Below are positions 9,721-20,219 of a stretch of 64,000 bases of DNA, one piece after another. Below the pieces are notes generated by a model. That model made no database searches, was not told the DNA's origin, and was given only the letters and a program-made list of their open reading frames with translations. Both the position numbers and the translations under genes were made by a program. Position 1 is the stretch's first letter; each line of letters starts with the position of its first letter. The DNA comes from Candidatus Dormiibacterota bacterium (GTDB taxonomy: Bacteria; Chloroflexota; Dormibacteria; Aeolococcales; Aeolococcaceae): positions 256,001 through 320,000 of the forward strand of contig OY970355.1 in NCBI GenBank assembly GCA_963718525.1. The letters run 5' to 3'.

Positions 9721-11160
9721 TCAACCGCCAGCGGCCGCCTTGCGCGTGCGAGCCACGAGCGCGCGTGCTCTGGCGAGCTGTCTGGTCACCGACCTGGGTC
9801 CCGGCCCGCCGGGCACATCGCGGCGGCGGAGCGCCGCATCGGCATCGAAGAGATCGACCACGTCCGGGCCGAAGCGATTCGACACCGAGCGCCACTCGCT
9901 GATGTCGAGGTCAGCGAGCGTGCGGCCCTCGGCCAGTGTCCGCGCGACCACCTCCCCGACGAGGGTATGGGCTTCCCTAAAAGGCACTCCGTTGGCGACG
10001 AGGTGCTCCGCGATGTCGGTGGCCTGGAGCGCTGGATCCGATGCTGCCCGGCGCATCGCCTCCACATCGAAGTGCACGACCGTGATGACCTCGGTGAGCA
10101 ACCGCAGCGTGGCGGCCGTGGTGTCCACCGCGTCGAACAACGGCTCCTTGTCCTCCTGGAGGTCGCGGTTGTACGTGAGCGGCAAACCCTTGAGCACCGT
10201 GAGCAGTGCGACCACATCACCGATGACGCGCCCGCTTCTGCCCCGCGCAAGCTCGGCGACGTCGGCGTTCTTCTTCTGAGGCATCAGCGACGAGCCGGTA
10301 GCATGACTGTCGGGGAGGCTGACGAACCCGAACTCGACACTCGACCAGAGCACGAGCTCCTCACCGAGCCGTGAGCAGTGGACCATCGTGAGCGCGCAGG
10401 CGGATGCGATCTCGACCGCGAAATCCCTGTCGGCGACGGCGTCCATGCTGTTGGCGGCAATCCGCCCGAAGCCGAGCTCACCGGCCACGCGGTCACGGTC
10501 AAGTGGCAGCGTGGACCCCGCCAGTGCCCCGCTCCCCAGGGGAAGCTCGTCGCAGGCCAGGCGCGCCGCGCCAAGACGAAGCGCGTCGCGAGCGAACATC
10601 TCGACGTACGCCAGCAGGTGATGCGCCAGCGACACGACCTGGGCGCGCTGCAGGTGGGTATACCCCGGCATCGGTGCTGTGCGGTGCTCGGCCGCGCGTG
10701 CCGCGAGTGCCTCCTGCAGCCCGGCGAGCGCAACCAGGAGGTCCGTGCACGCGCGGCGAGCCCACATGCGCAGGTCGGTTGCAACCTGGTCATTTCGACT
10801 GCGCCCGGTGTGGAGCATTCCCGCCACGGGACCGGCGAGCTCGAAGAGCCGGCGCTCGACCGCCGTGTGGATGTCCTCGTCACCGGGCGACACCGCGAAG
10901 CCATCGCTCGACAGCTCCGCGGCGATGGCGCGCAGTCCCGCATCGATGGCGCGATGCTGCGCAGCGGTGAGCACGCCGATGCTGCGGAGCATGCGCGCGT
11001 GCGCGCGCGAGCCGGCGACGTCATCGGCGCCGAGACGGCGGTCGACGGCGAGGCTCGACGTGTACGCCTCGACCCGTTCGGACGTCGGGCCGCTCAGCCG
11101 GCCTGCCCAGACCTTGGGTTCGCGCGCTTCGCGGCGCGCCCGCCGATCAGACGTCGCCAC
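9721..11160 (-). CDS. argH: Argininosuccinate lyase
   Basis: WAGR, GRSRNDQVATD, PGYTHLQ, GSSLMPQKKN, YNRDLQEDK. Start placed at GTG 11160. Confidence 0.96.
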   Translation of the reverse strand: MATSDRRARREAREPKVWAGRLSGPTSERVEAYTSSLAVDRRLGADDVAGSRAHARMLRSIGVLTAAQHRAIDAGLRAIAAELSSDGFAVSPGDEDIHTAVERRLFELAGPVAGMLHTGRSRNDQVATDLRMWARRACTDLLVALAGLQEALAARAAEHRTAPMPGYTHLQRAQVVSLAHHLLAYVEMFARDALRLGAARLACDELPLGSGALAGSTLPLDRDRVAGELGFGRIAANSMDAVADRDFAVEIASACALTMVHCSRLGEELVLWSSVEFGFVSLPDSHATGSSLMPQKKNADVAELARGRSGRVIGDVVALLTVLKGLPLTYNRDLQEDKEPLFDAVDTTAATLRLLTEVITVVHFDVEAMRRAASDPALQATDIAEHLVANGVPFREAHTLVGEVVARTLAEGRTLADLDISEWRSVSNRFGPDVVDLFDADAALRRRDVPGGPGPRSVTRQLARARALVARTRKAAAGG

Positions 11161-12397
11161 GCCGTTGGGTGCGCCGTTCGACGTGGAGAGGGGCCGTGTC
11201 CTCGAGCGCTCCCTGCACGCGGGTCTGGGTACGGAGCGGCAGGCCGAACAGTTCGATGAACCCACGCGCCGCTGCGTGGTCGAACGTGTCGCCGGCACGA
11301 TCGTAGGTCGCGAGGTCGTTGCTGTAGAGCGATCGCTCCGCTCGCCTGCCGATGACCTGCGCAGCGCCGTCCTGCAGACGCATCCGCACCACACCGGTCA
11401 CGTGCACCTGGGTCTCCTGCACGAACGCATCGAGCGCGGTGCGCAGCGCGGAGAACCAGAGACCGTCGTACACGAGACGCGCCCACTCGTCACCGACGAT
11501 GCGCTTGAAACGCGCGACGTCTCGCGGAATCGTGAGGCTTTCGAGCGCGTCATGGGCGGCGTGGAGCGCGACCGCCGCGGGTGCTTCATACACCTCGCGG
11601 GACTTGATGCCGACCAGACGGTTCTCCACGTGGTCGATGCGTCCGATGCCGCGTGCCCCCGCGAGGGTGTTGAGCTCCCCCACCAGCCGCTCCCCTTCGA
11701 GCCGGCGACCGTCGAGGGATACCGGAACCCCGCGCTCGAAGCCGATCTCGACGACAGCGTCTGGAGCATGGTCGTGAGCGGTCCACGCGTAGACATCGTC
11801 CGGCGGTTCGATCCAGGGGTCTTCGAGCACGCCCGTCTCGATGCTTCGTCCCCAGAGGTTCGCATCCACCGAGTACGGTGACGCCTTGGTCACCGCCACC
11901 TCGATGCCGTGCGCGGCTGCGTACTCGAGCTCCTCCGAGCGCCCCATCGCCCAATCGCGCACCGGCGCGACCACACGAAGCTCCGGGGCGAGGGCGCCGA
12001 CGGCGACGTCGAAGCGGACCTGGTCGTTGCCCTTGCCGGTGCATCCGTGCGCGACCGCACTGGCTCCTTCCTCGCGGGCCACGTCGACGAGCAGCTTGGC
12101 GATGAGCGGACGCCCCAGCGCGGTGGCAAGCGGATACACGCCCTCATAGAGCGCCCCTGCCGCAAGCGTCGGGAAACAGAAGGCGTCGACAAATACCCGG
12201 CGCGCGTCGGCGACGTGCGCGCTGAGCGCACCGGTGCGCAACGCCTTGGTCGCAACCGCATCGACATCCTTTGACTCACCGAGATCTGCGGTGAGCGTGA
12301 TCACGTCGTATCCGAGCTCTTCCTGGAGCCACCGGATGGCCACCGACGTGTCCAGGCCGCCGCTGTATGCGAGCACGCAGCGTTCGCGGGCGCTCAA
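11147..12397 (-). CDS. argG: Argininosuccinate synthase
   Basis: LAYSGGLDTS, HGCTGKGNDQVRF, ENRLVGIKSREVYEAP. Confidence 0.97.
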   Translation of the reverse strand: MSARERCVLAYSGGLDTSVAIRWLQEELGYDVITLTADLGESKDVDAVATKALRTGALSAHVADARRVFVDAFCFPTLAAGALYEGVYPLATALGRPLIAKLLVDVAREEGASAVAHGCTGKGNDQVRFDVAVGALAPELRVVAPVRDWAMGRSEELEYAAAHGIEVAVTKASPYSVDANLWGRSIETGVLEDPWIEPPDDVYAWTAHDHAPDAVVEIGFERGVPVSLDGRRLEGERLVGELNTLAGARGIGRIDHVENRLVGIKSREVYEAPAAVALHAAHDALESLTIPRDVARFKRIVGDEWARLVYDGLWFSALRTALDAFVQETQVHVTGVVRMRLQDGAAQVIGRRAERSLYSNDLATYDRAGDTFDHAAARGFIELFGLPLRTQTRVQGALEDTAPLHVERRTQRRGDV

Positions 12398-12891
12398 CGC
12401 ATGTCATCCGACATTGCGTTGAGGCGAAGGAGGAGGCGCTGTGCCGCCGGTCGTGACCTCGCGATCACCAGCACCGTGTCATCGCCGGCGATGGTGCCGG
12501 CAACCTCCTCGAATCGGGACGCATCGAGGGCGCCGCCCACCAGCGGCGCGCATCCCGGGGCGGTGTGCACGATGCCGAACAGGTCGACGAACTCGATGGC
12601 CTGGACGTGCTCCCGGATCGCATTGCGGAGTCGCTGCATGGTCTGCTCAACGTCGAGCTCGGCGACCGGCGCCATGTAGCGTGCCCCGGCATCATCGTGG
12701 ACACGGAGCAGACCGAGCTCGCGGATGTCACGGCTCACTGTCGCCTGCGTGACCGGGAACCGTCTGCGATGCAGCTCGGCGACGAGATCCTCCTGGGTGC
12801 GGATGACACCGCCGCGCACCAGTGCGAGGATGGCGCGGTGACGCGCGGGTTTCGCGGCCGGCCCGATCACCCGGGTCGCGCTCGCGCTCAT
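12394..12891 (-). CDS. argR: Arginine repressor
   Basis: TQATVSRDIREL and GTIAGDDT. Confidence 0.95.
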   Translation of the reverse strand: MSASATRVIGPAAKPARHRAILALVRGGVIRTQEDLVAELHRRRFPVTQATVSRDIRELGLLRVHDDAGARYMAPVAELDVEQTMQRLRNAIREHVQAIEFVDLFGIVHTAPGCAPLVGGALDASRFEEVAGTIAGDDTVLVIARSRPAAQRLLLRLNAMSDDMR

Positions 12892-14114
12892 ACGTCGCGG
12901 GTCGATGCTGCGACAGCATCGAACGCCCTGCCGAGGCGCAGCACGGCCTCGTCGACCTCGTCGCGGGTGATGATCAATGGCGGCACCAGCCGGAGCGTGC
13001 GTTCGCCGACCGCGTTGACGATCAATCCCTCGTTCAGCGCGGCGGCGGCAACATCACGAGCAACGTCTCTGCTCAGCGCGACGCCCAGCATGAGCCCGCG
13101 CCCCCGCACACCCGCGATCGGCGCGCCATGCTCCCCGAGTGCGTGGAGCAACTCGGCGAGGTAGTCACCGACCTCCGCCGCGTGCGCCACCAATCCCTCG
13201 CGCTGCACGGCGCGCATCACTGCAACGGCGGCTGCACATGCCAGCGGGCCACCACCGAACGTGGAACCGTGGTCACCGGGTTCGAAGACATCCGCACGCG
13301 GCGCCGCCAGGATGGCGCCGATCGGCACGCCGCCTCCGAGCGCCTTGGCGACCGTCATCACGTCCGGGGCCGCGTCCTCATGCTGGTGCGCCCACCACCT
13401 GCCGGTCCGCCCCATCCCTGTCTGGACCTCGTCAAGGATGAGCAGCACATCGCGTTCGTCGCACAGGCGGCGAATCGCCGCGAGCCTCCCCGGAGCGAGG
13501 GCGACCACACCACTCTCTCCCTCGATCGGCTCGAGCATCACCGCGCAGGTCGCGCTGTCGATCGACTGTTCGAGAGCGCCGAGGTCGTCGTACGGGACGT
13601 GGACGAAGCCCTTCGGCAGGGGTTCGAACTGCTTGCGATAGCGAGGGTTCGCGGTTGCCGCGAGCGCCCCCATGGTGCGTCCATGGAATGCGCCCTGCGC
13701 ACAGATGATCACGTGTGCGCCATCACGATGCAGCTTGCCCCACTTGCGCGCCAGCTTGATGGCACCCTCATTCGCCTCCGCACCACTGTTGCAGAAGAAC
13801 ACCCGCGAAGGGAACGCTGATGCGACCAACAGCTCGGCGAGCTCCAGCTGCGGCTCGGTGTAGTAGAGATTGCTCGTGTGCATCAGCGTTGCCGCCTGGT
13901 CGGCGATCGCCTGGCGCAACGCCGGATGGTTGTGACCGAGAACGTTCACCGCGATCCCGGCGACGAGGTCGAGAAATTCACGTCCGTCGGCATCGGTGAG
14001 CCAGACGCCGTGGCCGCTGCGCAGCGCCACCGGCTGGCGCTGATATGTGTCCATGAGCGCAGCCTTGGCGCGCGCTGCGAACGTGGTTCCCGCGGTCGTG
14101 CTGCCGGCCGTCAC
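12888..14114 (-). CDS. argD: Acetylornithine aminotransferase
   Basis: NSGAEANE, FHGRT, DEVQTGMGRTG, AKALGGG; arg operon context. Confidence 0.93.
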   Translation of the reverse strand: MTAGSTTAGTTFAARAKAALMDTYQRQPVALRSGHGVWLTDADGREFLDLVAGIAVNVLGHNHPALRQAIADQAATLMHTSNLYYTEPQLELAELLVASAFPSRVFFCNSGAEANEGAIKLARKWGKLHRDGAHVIICAQGAFHGRTMGALAATANPRYRKQFEPLPKGFVHVPYDDLGALEQSIDSATCAVMLEPIEGESGVVALAPGRLAAIRRLCDERDVLLILDEVQTGMGRTGRWWAHQHEDAAPDVMTVAKALGGGVPIGAILAAPRADVFEPGDHGSTFGGGPLACAAAVAVMRAVQREGLVAHAAEVGDYLAELLHALGEHGAPIAGVRGRGLMLGVALSRDVARDVAAAALNEGLIVNAVGERTLRLVPPLIITRDEVDEAVLRLGRAFDAVAASTRDV

Positions 14115-14986
14115 ACGGACTCCGAGTGGGTGAGCATGGTGCCGACGCCGCGCTCGGTGAGCAGCTCGAGGAGCAGTGCGTGCGGGACCCGCGCGTCGAT
14201 GATGTGCGTGGCGCAGCCGCCGTCGGTGGCTCTGATCGCCGCCTCGACCTTGGGGATCATGCCGTCGTGGATCACGCCGGAGGCGAGCAGCTCTCGTCCG
14301 CGCACCGCGTCAAGTTCGCTGATCAAGTCGCCGGCGCCGTCGCGAACACCTTCGACGTCGGTCATGAGGATGAGCTTGCTGGCGTCCAGCGCGACGGCGA
14401 GCTCTGCGGCGACGGTGTCGGCATTGACGTTGTACGCCTGACCGTCGTAGCCGAGACCGATCGATGCCATCACGGGGATGCGCCCCTGGTCGAGGATGGC
14501 CAGGATCGGTTCAGCGTTCACCTGCGCCACGTCACCGACGAAGCCCAGGTCGGCTCCGCTCGTATCCGACCGCGGACGCACCAGCAGCGTCGGTCCGTCC
14601 TCGCCGGAGATCCCGATCGCGCCGGCGCCGAGCGTGTGGATGCGCGCGACGATGTCGGGCCCGATCTTGCCGGTGAGGACCATCTTCGCGATCTCCATCG
14701 TCGGCGCGTCGGTGACCCGGAGCCCGTTGACGAACCGGGTCTCGATGCCCATCCGCTGCTGCCACGCGCTGATCTCCGAGCCGCCGCCGTGCACGATCAC
14801 CGGTCGCATCCCGACGAAGCGGAGGAGGACCACGTCCTCGAGCACGGCATCGAGATCCGCCACCGCGCTCGCCGCGCCCCCGACCTTGATGACGAGGATG
14901 TGACCCGCGAACCGCTTGATGTATGGCAGTGCCTCGATGAGCACCTCAGCACGATGGATCCGTTCGTCGATGGTCTGTTCAGGCAT
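14111..14986 (-). CDS. argB: Acetylglutamate kinase
   Basis: EALPYI, IKVGG, VHGGG, GLRVTD, NVNAD, GMIPKV. Start ATG 14986. Confidence 0.95.
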   Translation of the reverse strand: MPEQTIDERIHRAEVLIEALPYIKRFAGHILVIKVGGAASAVADLDAVLEDVVLLRFVGMRPVIVHGGGSEISAWQQRMGIETRFVNGLRVTDAPTMEIAKMVLTGKIGPDIVARIHTLGAGAIGISGEDGPTLLVRPRSDTSGADLGFVGDVAQVNAEPILAILDQGRIPVMASIGLGYDGQAYNVNADTVAAELAVALDASKLILMTDVEGVRDGAGDLISELDAVRGRELLASGVIHDGMIPKVEAAIRATDGGCATHIIDARVPHALLLELLTERGVGTMLTHSESV

Positions 14987-15009
14987 GGTGGTTGTGGTGG
15001 TGCTCCGTA

Positions 15010-16239
15010 TCAGGTGGTGTAGTCGGCATTGATGCGCACGTAGTCCGCTGAGAGGTCGCAGCCCCACGCATGACCCTCGCCATCGCCCGCGCCGAGGTCG
15101 ATGTCGATGTCGAGACGTGGCAGCGAGAGCGCGGCGCGAATCCGTTCCGCTTCAACTCGCTCGGGGGCACCGCGGTCGAACACGACCAGGCCCCCGATGG
15201 CGACGCGGCAGCGGTCCAGGGTGAATGACGCACCGCTCCGGCCGAGGGCGGCCACGACGCGACCCCAGTTGGGATCGCCACCGTGGATCGCTGCCTTGAC
15301 CAGCGAGCTCTGCGCGACGACGCGCGCAGCGATGCGCGCCTGATCCGTGCCCACGGCGCGGTGCACCGCGACGCGGAAATGACGCGTTGCACCCTCGGCA
15401 TCGGCAACGAGCTGCTCCGCAAGCGAGTCACAGACCTCGAGCAGCGAACCCTCGAAGGCGGCCGCCGCACTCGATCCTTCGACGAACATCGCGCCACCCG
15501 CCGCGCCGTTGGCGAGCAGGATGCACGAGTCGTTGGTGGACGTGTCGCCGTCGACCGTGACGCAGTTGAACGTGCTGTCGGTGACGCGACGCAGTGCCCC
15601 CTGGAGCAGCGTCGATTCCACAGGTGCGTCGGTGGTGATGAACGCGAGCAGGGTCGCCATATCCGGGTGGAGCATCCCGGCACCCTTTGCGGTAGCCCCC
15701 ACGGTGTAGGTCACACCGTTACCGATGAACGTGGCCTCCGCAACCTTGGCGACCGTGTCGGTGGTCATGATCGCGCGCGCAACGTCGCCGCCCGCGTCCG
15801 GAGACATGGACAGCGCCGCAGCCCGGATGCCACGCACCACACGATCCATCGGCATCGGCCGCCCGATCACGCCGGTGCTGCACACGAGCACATCGCTTGG
15901 GTCGAGGTCGAGGCTGTCGCCGGCGGTCGTGCACATGACAAGTGCGTCGCGAAATCCCTGGCCGCCGGTGCACGCGTTGGCGTTGCCGGCGTTGACGACC
16001 ACGGCGGAGATCGGCGTGCCGCGCCGCAGTGTCAGCTGCGAGATGACCACCGGTGCCGCCTTGACGGTGTTCCGCGTGAAGACCCCCGCCGCGGTGGCGG
16101 GGGTATCGGAGCGGATCACCGCAACGTCGGTGCGCGTCTCGTCACCGTCGCCACGAATCCCCGCGGCAGCCACACCGCCGCGAAATCCGCGTGGAGCGCA
16201 GACCCCAGCTCGGGTGTGCTGCATCGCCGGTGCGCTCAC
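15010..16239 (-). CDS. argJ: Bifunctional ornithine acetyltransferase ArgJ
   Basis: NAGNANACTG, IMTTDT, KGAGMLHPDMAT, DGDTSTND, DPNWGR, INADYTT. GTGA overlap with argC. Confidence 0.95.
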   Translation of the reverse strand: MSAPAMQHTRAGVCAPRGFRGGVAAAGIRGDGDETRTDVAVIRSDTPATAAGVFTRNTVKAAPVVISQLTLRRGTPISAVVVNAGNANACTGGQGFRDALVMCTTAGDSLDLDPSDVLVCSTGVIGRPMPMDRVVRGIRAAALSMSPDAGGDVARAIMTTDTVAKVAEATFIGNGVTYTVGATAKGAGMLHPDMATLLAFITTDAPVESTLLQGALRRVTDSTFNCVTVDGDTSTNDSCILLANGAAGGAMFVEGSSAAAAFEGSLLEVCDSLAEQLVADAEGATRHFRVAVHRAVGTDQARIAARVVAQSSLVKAAIHGGDPNWGRVVAALGRSGASFTLDRCRVAIGGLVVFDRGAPERVEAERIRAALSLPRLDIDIDLGAGDGEGHAWGCDLSADYVRINADYTT

Positions 16240-17261
16240 GGCCACAGGAAGCGTGACTCCAGGCCCGCGGTCTCGTCGAACCCGAATCGGATGTTCATCG
16301 CGTGCACCGCCTGGCCGCCACCGCCCTTGCCGAGATTGTCGATGGCGACGGTGACGACCGCCATACCGTCCTGCCAACCGGAGTTGATCGACGCGCGGTT
16401 GGTTCCGGTCATGCCCTTGGTCGGTGGCGGCGTCTCGACGTGATCGAGGAACGGGCTCGTGGCGCAAAACTCTGCGTACAGCTCATTGAAGTGCGCGTGC
16501 GTGACACCGGGAAGCGGGCGGAGATATGCGGTGACCAGGATGCCGCGCGTCATTGGGATCAGATGGGGCACGAACGTGAGCCGCACCTCACCTTCCGCGG
16601 CGAGACGCAGCTGCTCCAGCATCTCGGACTTGTGGCGATGCCCGGCAACACCATAGGCGTGCACCGACTCATTGACTTCTGCGAAGAGATTGGCAACCTT
16701 CGCCTCGCGCCCTGCGCCGCTGACGCCGCTCTTGGCATCGACCACGATGTCAGGCTCGATCAAGCCCTCGCGCAGCGCAGGGACGCATGCCAGCAGGGTG
16801 GCAGTCGGATAGCAGCCGGGCACCGAGATGAGATTCGCGCCAGGCAGACGCTCGCGCTCGAGCTCGACCATCGCGTACACCGCCTCCCCGAGCAGACCCG
16901 GCGAGGGATGCTCGATGCCATACCACTGCTGATACGCGGTGGCATCGCGGAGCCGGAAATCGGCCGAGCAGTCGATGACGGTGGCGCCGCCGGCGAGCCA
17001 CCCGGGCGCGAGCGACGCCGCGACGGTGTGGGGCAGCGCCGCCATCACCACATCCGCCGAGCCGGGGTCGAGGCCGTCCTCGATGATCAGATCGACGGAG
17101 CTCCCGGGGACCACGTCGGAGTAGCGTTTGCCGGCGCTCGTGTGCCCGAGCACGCGCGTGAGCTCCACGTCGGGATGCCCGGCGAGCAGCGCCGTGCATT
17201 GCATGCCGATGTATCCGGTGGAGCCGAAGACTGCGGCGCGGATCCGTGTCGCCTGGGCCAT
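16236..17261 (-). CDS. argC: N-acetyl-gamma-glutamyl-phosphate reductase
   Basis: GSTGYIG, PGCYPT, SGVSGAG, DNLGKGG. Confidence 0.96.
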   Translation of the reverse strand: MAQATRIRAAVFGSTGYIGMQCTALLAGHPDVELTRVLGHTSAGKRYSDVVPGSSVDLIIEDGLDPGSADVVMAALPHTVAASLAPGWLAGGATVIDCSADFRLRDATAYQQWYGIEHPSPGLLGEAVYAMVELERERLPGANLISVPGCYPTATLLACVPALREGLIEPDIVVDAKSGVSGAGREAKVANLFAEVNESVHAYGVAGHRHKSEMLEQLRLAAEGEVRLTFVPHLIPMTRGILVTAYLRPLPGVTHAHFNELYAEFCATSPFLDHVETPPPTKGMTGTNRASINSGWQDGMAVVTVAIDNLGKGGGGQAVHAMNIRFGFDETAGLESRFLWP

Positions 17262-17269
17262 GACCGAGG

Positions 17270-17300
17270 AGTATACGGCCTAGCCTGCATACTTATGCAT
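17270..17300 (-). promoter_or_regulatory. ARG box overlapping the argC promoter
   Basis: Minus-strand TGCATAAGTATGCA (17286-17299) matches the ArgR operator TGCATA-N2-TATGCA. TATACT -10 at 17270-17275 lies 8 nt before the argC ATG. Confidence 0.85.
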
Positions 17301-19229
17301 TCAGGTGCGTTGCGGCGCGCGGCGCTTGCGCAGTCCCTTCACGCCCAGCTCGCGCCGGCGAGCCCGCTCCAGGTTCACGGCTGCACCGACCAGTGCGAGG
17401 TGCGTGAATGCCTGCGGGAAGTTCCCCAGCAGCTGCCCGGTGCGCACGTCCACCTCCTCGGAGAACAGCCCGAGTGGCGAGCTGAAGTGGAGGAGCCGCT
17501 CGAAGCGGCGCTCCGCCTGCTCGAGGTCGCCGCAGTGGGCGAGCGCGTCCACCAGCCAGAACGAGGTCAGAAAGAACGCACCCTCATCACCCCGGAGGCC
17601 GTCCTCGCTCTCGTCCATCAGGTAGCGCTTGACGAGCACACCCTCGCCGAGGTGTTGCGCGATGGCGCGCACCGTCGAAAGAATGCGCGGATCCTTGTCG
17701 GCGAGAAAGCGCACCTGGCTCATGCGCAGGATCGCTGCATCGAGCGCGTCGTTGTCGAACTCCTGGGTGAATGAGTGGCGGTGCTCCGAGTACCCACGCG
17801 TCGTGATCGCGCGATGCATGCGCAGACGCGCGCGTCGCCACGCGTCCTTGCCGTAGGGGAGGTTGTAGCGGTCGGCGATCCGGATGCCGCGATCGACGGC
17901 CACCCAGCACATCAGCTTGCTGTAGACGTACTGCTTGCGCTCGCTCCGGACCTCCCATATCGACGAGTTGGGCTCCTCCCAGCGACTGATGGCCATCTCG
18001 ACGATGTTGCGGAGCTCCTCCCACAGCGTCGTGCTGACCACGCCGCCGAACCGTGCGTAGACGTAGGCGCTGTCGAGCACCTCGCCATACACGTCGAGCT
18101 GCAGTTGATTCATGGCGGCGTTGCCGACGCGCACCGGTCTCGATCCGCGGTAGCCCTCGAGGTGATCGAGGGTGTGCTCGGTTGCGTGGGCGTGCCCGCT
18201 CAGGTCGAAGAGGTTGGGGATGTCGGTGGTTTTGCGATCGGCGAGGTGCCGGTGGGTCAGCCAGTCGAAGTACGCAGTCGCCTCGGCGGAGAGGCCGAGT
18301 TGAAAGAAGGCGTAGAGCGTGAACGCCGCGTCGCGCAGCCAGGTGAATCGATAGTCCCAGTTGCGCTCACCGCCGATGTCCTCGGGAAGGCTCGTCGTCG
18401 GCGCCGCGATGATCGCGCCCGTCGGCGCATAGGTCATCAGCTTCAAGGCGAGTGCCGATCGCCAGACGTGCACCTGGTACGGGCCGTGATAGTCGACCTG
18501 CCCGACCCAGCGCCACCAGTAGCGCTGGCTGTCACGGAGGGCTGTGCGCGCGCGCTCGACGCTCCACGGCCTCGCCCTGCAGTTTCCGGCCACGCCGGTG
18601 TGGAGGGCGAAGGCCACCGCATCGGTGGCCTGCATGTGAAAGCTATCGTCGGGGCCGTCCAGCTCGATGGTCGAGCTCAGACAGAGATGCAGCTTCTGCG
18701 CGTCGGCATGCAGCTGCCCGTCGTCGACGCTGAGCTCCACGGGCAATCGAGCAAACCCGGGCGCGGGGTCGAAGACGTGGTGCATGGTCACGGCCCCGGC
18801 GAGACACTCCACCAGACGGATCACGCGTGCATGGTTGTGCGGTTTGGCGTGCTGGACGACGCTGTGATCGTCGACCGGCATGAAATCGGTGACCACCACG
18901 ACGCCGGTCCCGGTGGAGAACACGGTGTCGAGAAGGTTGGTCCGGTCCCGATAGCGCTGGTGCACCTGATGCGGCTCATCCGGGTGGAGCTGCCAGCTCC
19001 CCCCTCGGGCCGAGTCAAGGACACGGCCAAACAGCGCGTCGTCGTCGAAACGGGGCAGGCAGAGCCAGTCGATGCTGCCGTCCACCCCGACCAGCGCCGC
19101 CGAGCGGCAGTCGCCGATCAGCCCGTACGCCCCGATTGGAAGGTACCCGTCGATCCGCTCGTGGGAGACGGTGCGACCCTTGGGATCCGCCGGGCTAGTA
19201 CTCGTCCTCGGGGCGGGAGTCATCGTCAT
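17301..19229 (-). CDS. Glycoside hydrolase family 15 (trehalase/glucoamylase-like)
   Basis: IGDCRSAALV..GSIDWLC, AAPTTSLPE, RNWDYRFTWLRD, QLDVYGE, GNFPQAFTH. Start uncertain. Confidence 0.93.
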   Translation of the reverse strand: MTMTPAPRTSTSPADPKGRTVSHERIDGYLPIGAYGLIGDCRSAALVGVDGSIDWLCLPRFDDDALFGRVLDSARGGSWQLHPDEPHQVHQRYRDRTNLLDTVFSTGTGVVVVTDFMPVDDHSVVQHAKPHNHARVIRLVECLAGAVTMHHVFDPAPGFARLPVELSVDDGQLHADAQKLHLCLSSTIELDGPDDSFHMQATDAVAFALHTGVAGNCRARPWSVERARTALRDSQRYWWRWVGQVDYHGPYQVHVWRSALALKLMTYAPTGAIIAAPTTSLPEDIGGERNWDYRFTWLRDAAFTLYAFFQLGLSAEATAYFDWLTHRHLADRKTTDIPNLFDLSGHAHATEHTLDHLEGYRGSRPVRVGNAAMNQLQLDVYGEVLDSAYVYARFGGVVSTTLWEELRNIVEMAISRWEEPNSSIWEVRSERKQYVYSKLMCWVAVDRGIRIADRYNLPYGKDAWRRARLRMHRAITTRGYSEHRHSFTQEFDNDALDAAILRMSQVRFLADKDPRILSTVRAIAQHLGEGVLVKRYLMDESEDGLRGDEGAFFLTSFWLVDALAHCGDLEQAERRFERLLHFSSPLGLFSEEVDVRTGQLLGNFPQAFTHLALVGAAVNLERARRRELGVKGLRKRRAPQRT

Positions 19230-20070
19230 CCTCGGTATCGGCTCCGGGCGGCGCCTCCTCGGCGTCGGACTGGAAGGTGCTCATCCCCAGCTCCCCGAGA
19301 TCGTCCTCGGATTCGTCGGTCGCCGGTCGTCCGATGATCTCCTCGCCGTCGTCGTCGAGCGGGCTCGAGTCGATCTCGCGGGATGACAGCAGCGAATCCT
19401 TGGCGTAGGGACGGAACTCCTCGCGGCGGCCACCCTTGGCCAGAGGGAAGGACGACTTGCGAGCGTTCTCGGCCGCCTGGTACGTCTCTCGGAGGATGAT
19501 CTCGACCCGCTCGTCCTCGAGCCTGGCCACGGCTGCCGAATATCGGTTCCCCGTCTCCATCAGCGGCACCAGCCGGCGAGCGATTTTGGTGTCGACCTCG
19601 CCGAGCGAGACACCGCGTGACGTCTGGGCCCGGAGCGTCGACCCCTCGCGATAGAGCTCGACCACGTCTCCCGGTGCAATCGCCACGGTGGCGGACTTCG
19701 AGGGTGCGCTCAGCACCGTGATGGCGCTCTTCCCGGGTTCCTCGGTGAACAGCTCGACGTCGATCGCCGCCGCCGAACCGGCGGCGGTGCTCTTGCTCTC
19801 GAGCATCGCGGTGAGCTTGCGGACGTTCTTCTGCGCGATCAGATTCAGCGGATTGAGCTGTAAGGAGCTCGAATACGACGCCAGCGCCTCCTCGCGCTGG
19901 CCCAGCTCGGTCAGCGCCTTGCCGATCCGGTTGAGCGTGTCCTCGTCGGTACCATGGCGCTCGACCAGCGCTTGATTCACGGCAAGCGCCTCCGCCCAGC
20001 GGCTCTCGAGCGCAAGCGCGATAGCCTCGTCGACGTAGAGGCTGCGCGGCTTCACACGTTCTTCAGACAC
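19195..20070 (-). CDS. Tetratricopeptide-repeat protein with acidic tail
   Basis: TPR-like NRIGKALTELGQREEALASY, FTEEPGK motif, D/E-rich C-terminus. Start placed at GTG 20070. Confidence 0.75.
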   Translation of the reverse strand: MSEERVKPRSLYVDEAIALALESRWAEALAVNQALVERHGTDEDTLNRIGKALTELGQREEALASYSSSLQLNPLNLIAQKNVRKLTAMLESKSTAAGSAAAIDVELFTEEPGKSAITVLSAPSKSATVAIAPGDVVELYREGSTLRAQTSRGVSLGEVDTKIARRLVPLMETGNRYSAAVARLEDERVEIILRETYQAAENARKSSFPLAKGGRREEFRPYAKDSLLSSREIDSSPLDDDGEEIIGRPATDESEDDLGELGMSTFQSDAEEAPPGADTEDDDDSRPEDEY

Positions 20071-20219
20071 CAAATACCACTCCCGATTCAAGGGGGTCCA
20101 TGACCGCTGCACTGCACGTGCTCCCGACCCACGGCCGAGAGAGGCAATCGGGTTCGCTATGATACCTGCTCAGTGAGGCGCGTCCGTTCCCTTTGCGATC
20201 TCTTGACACCGCGCCGGGC

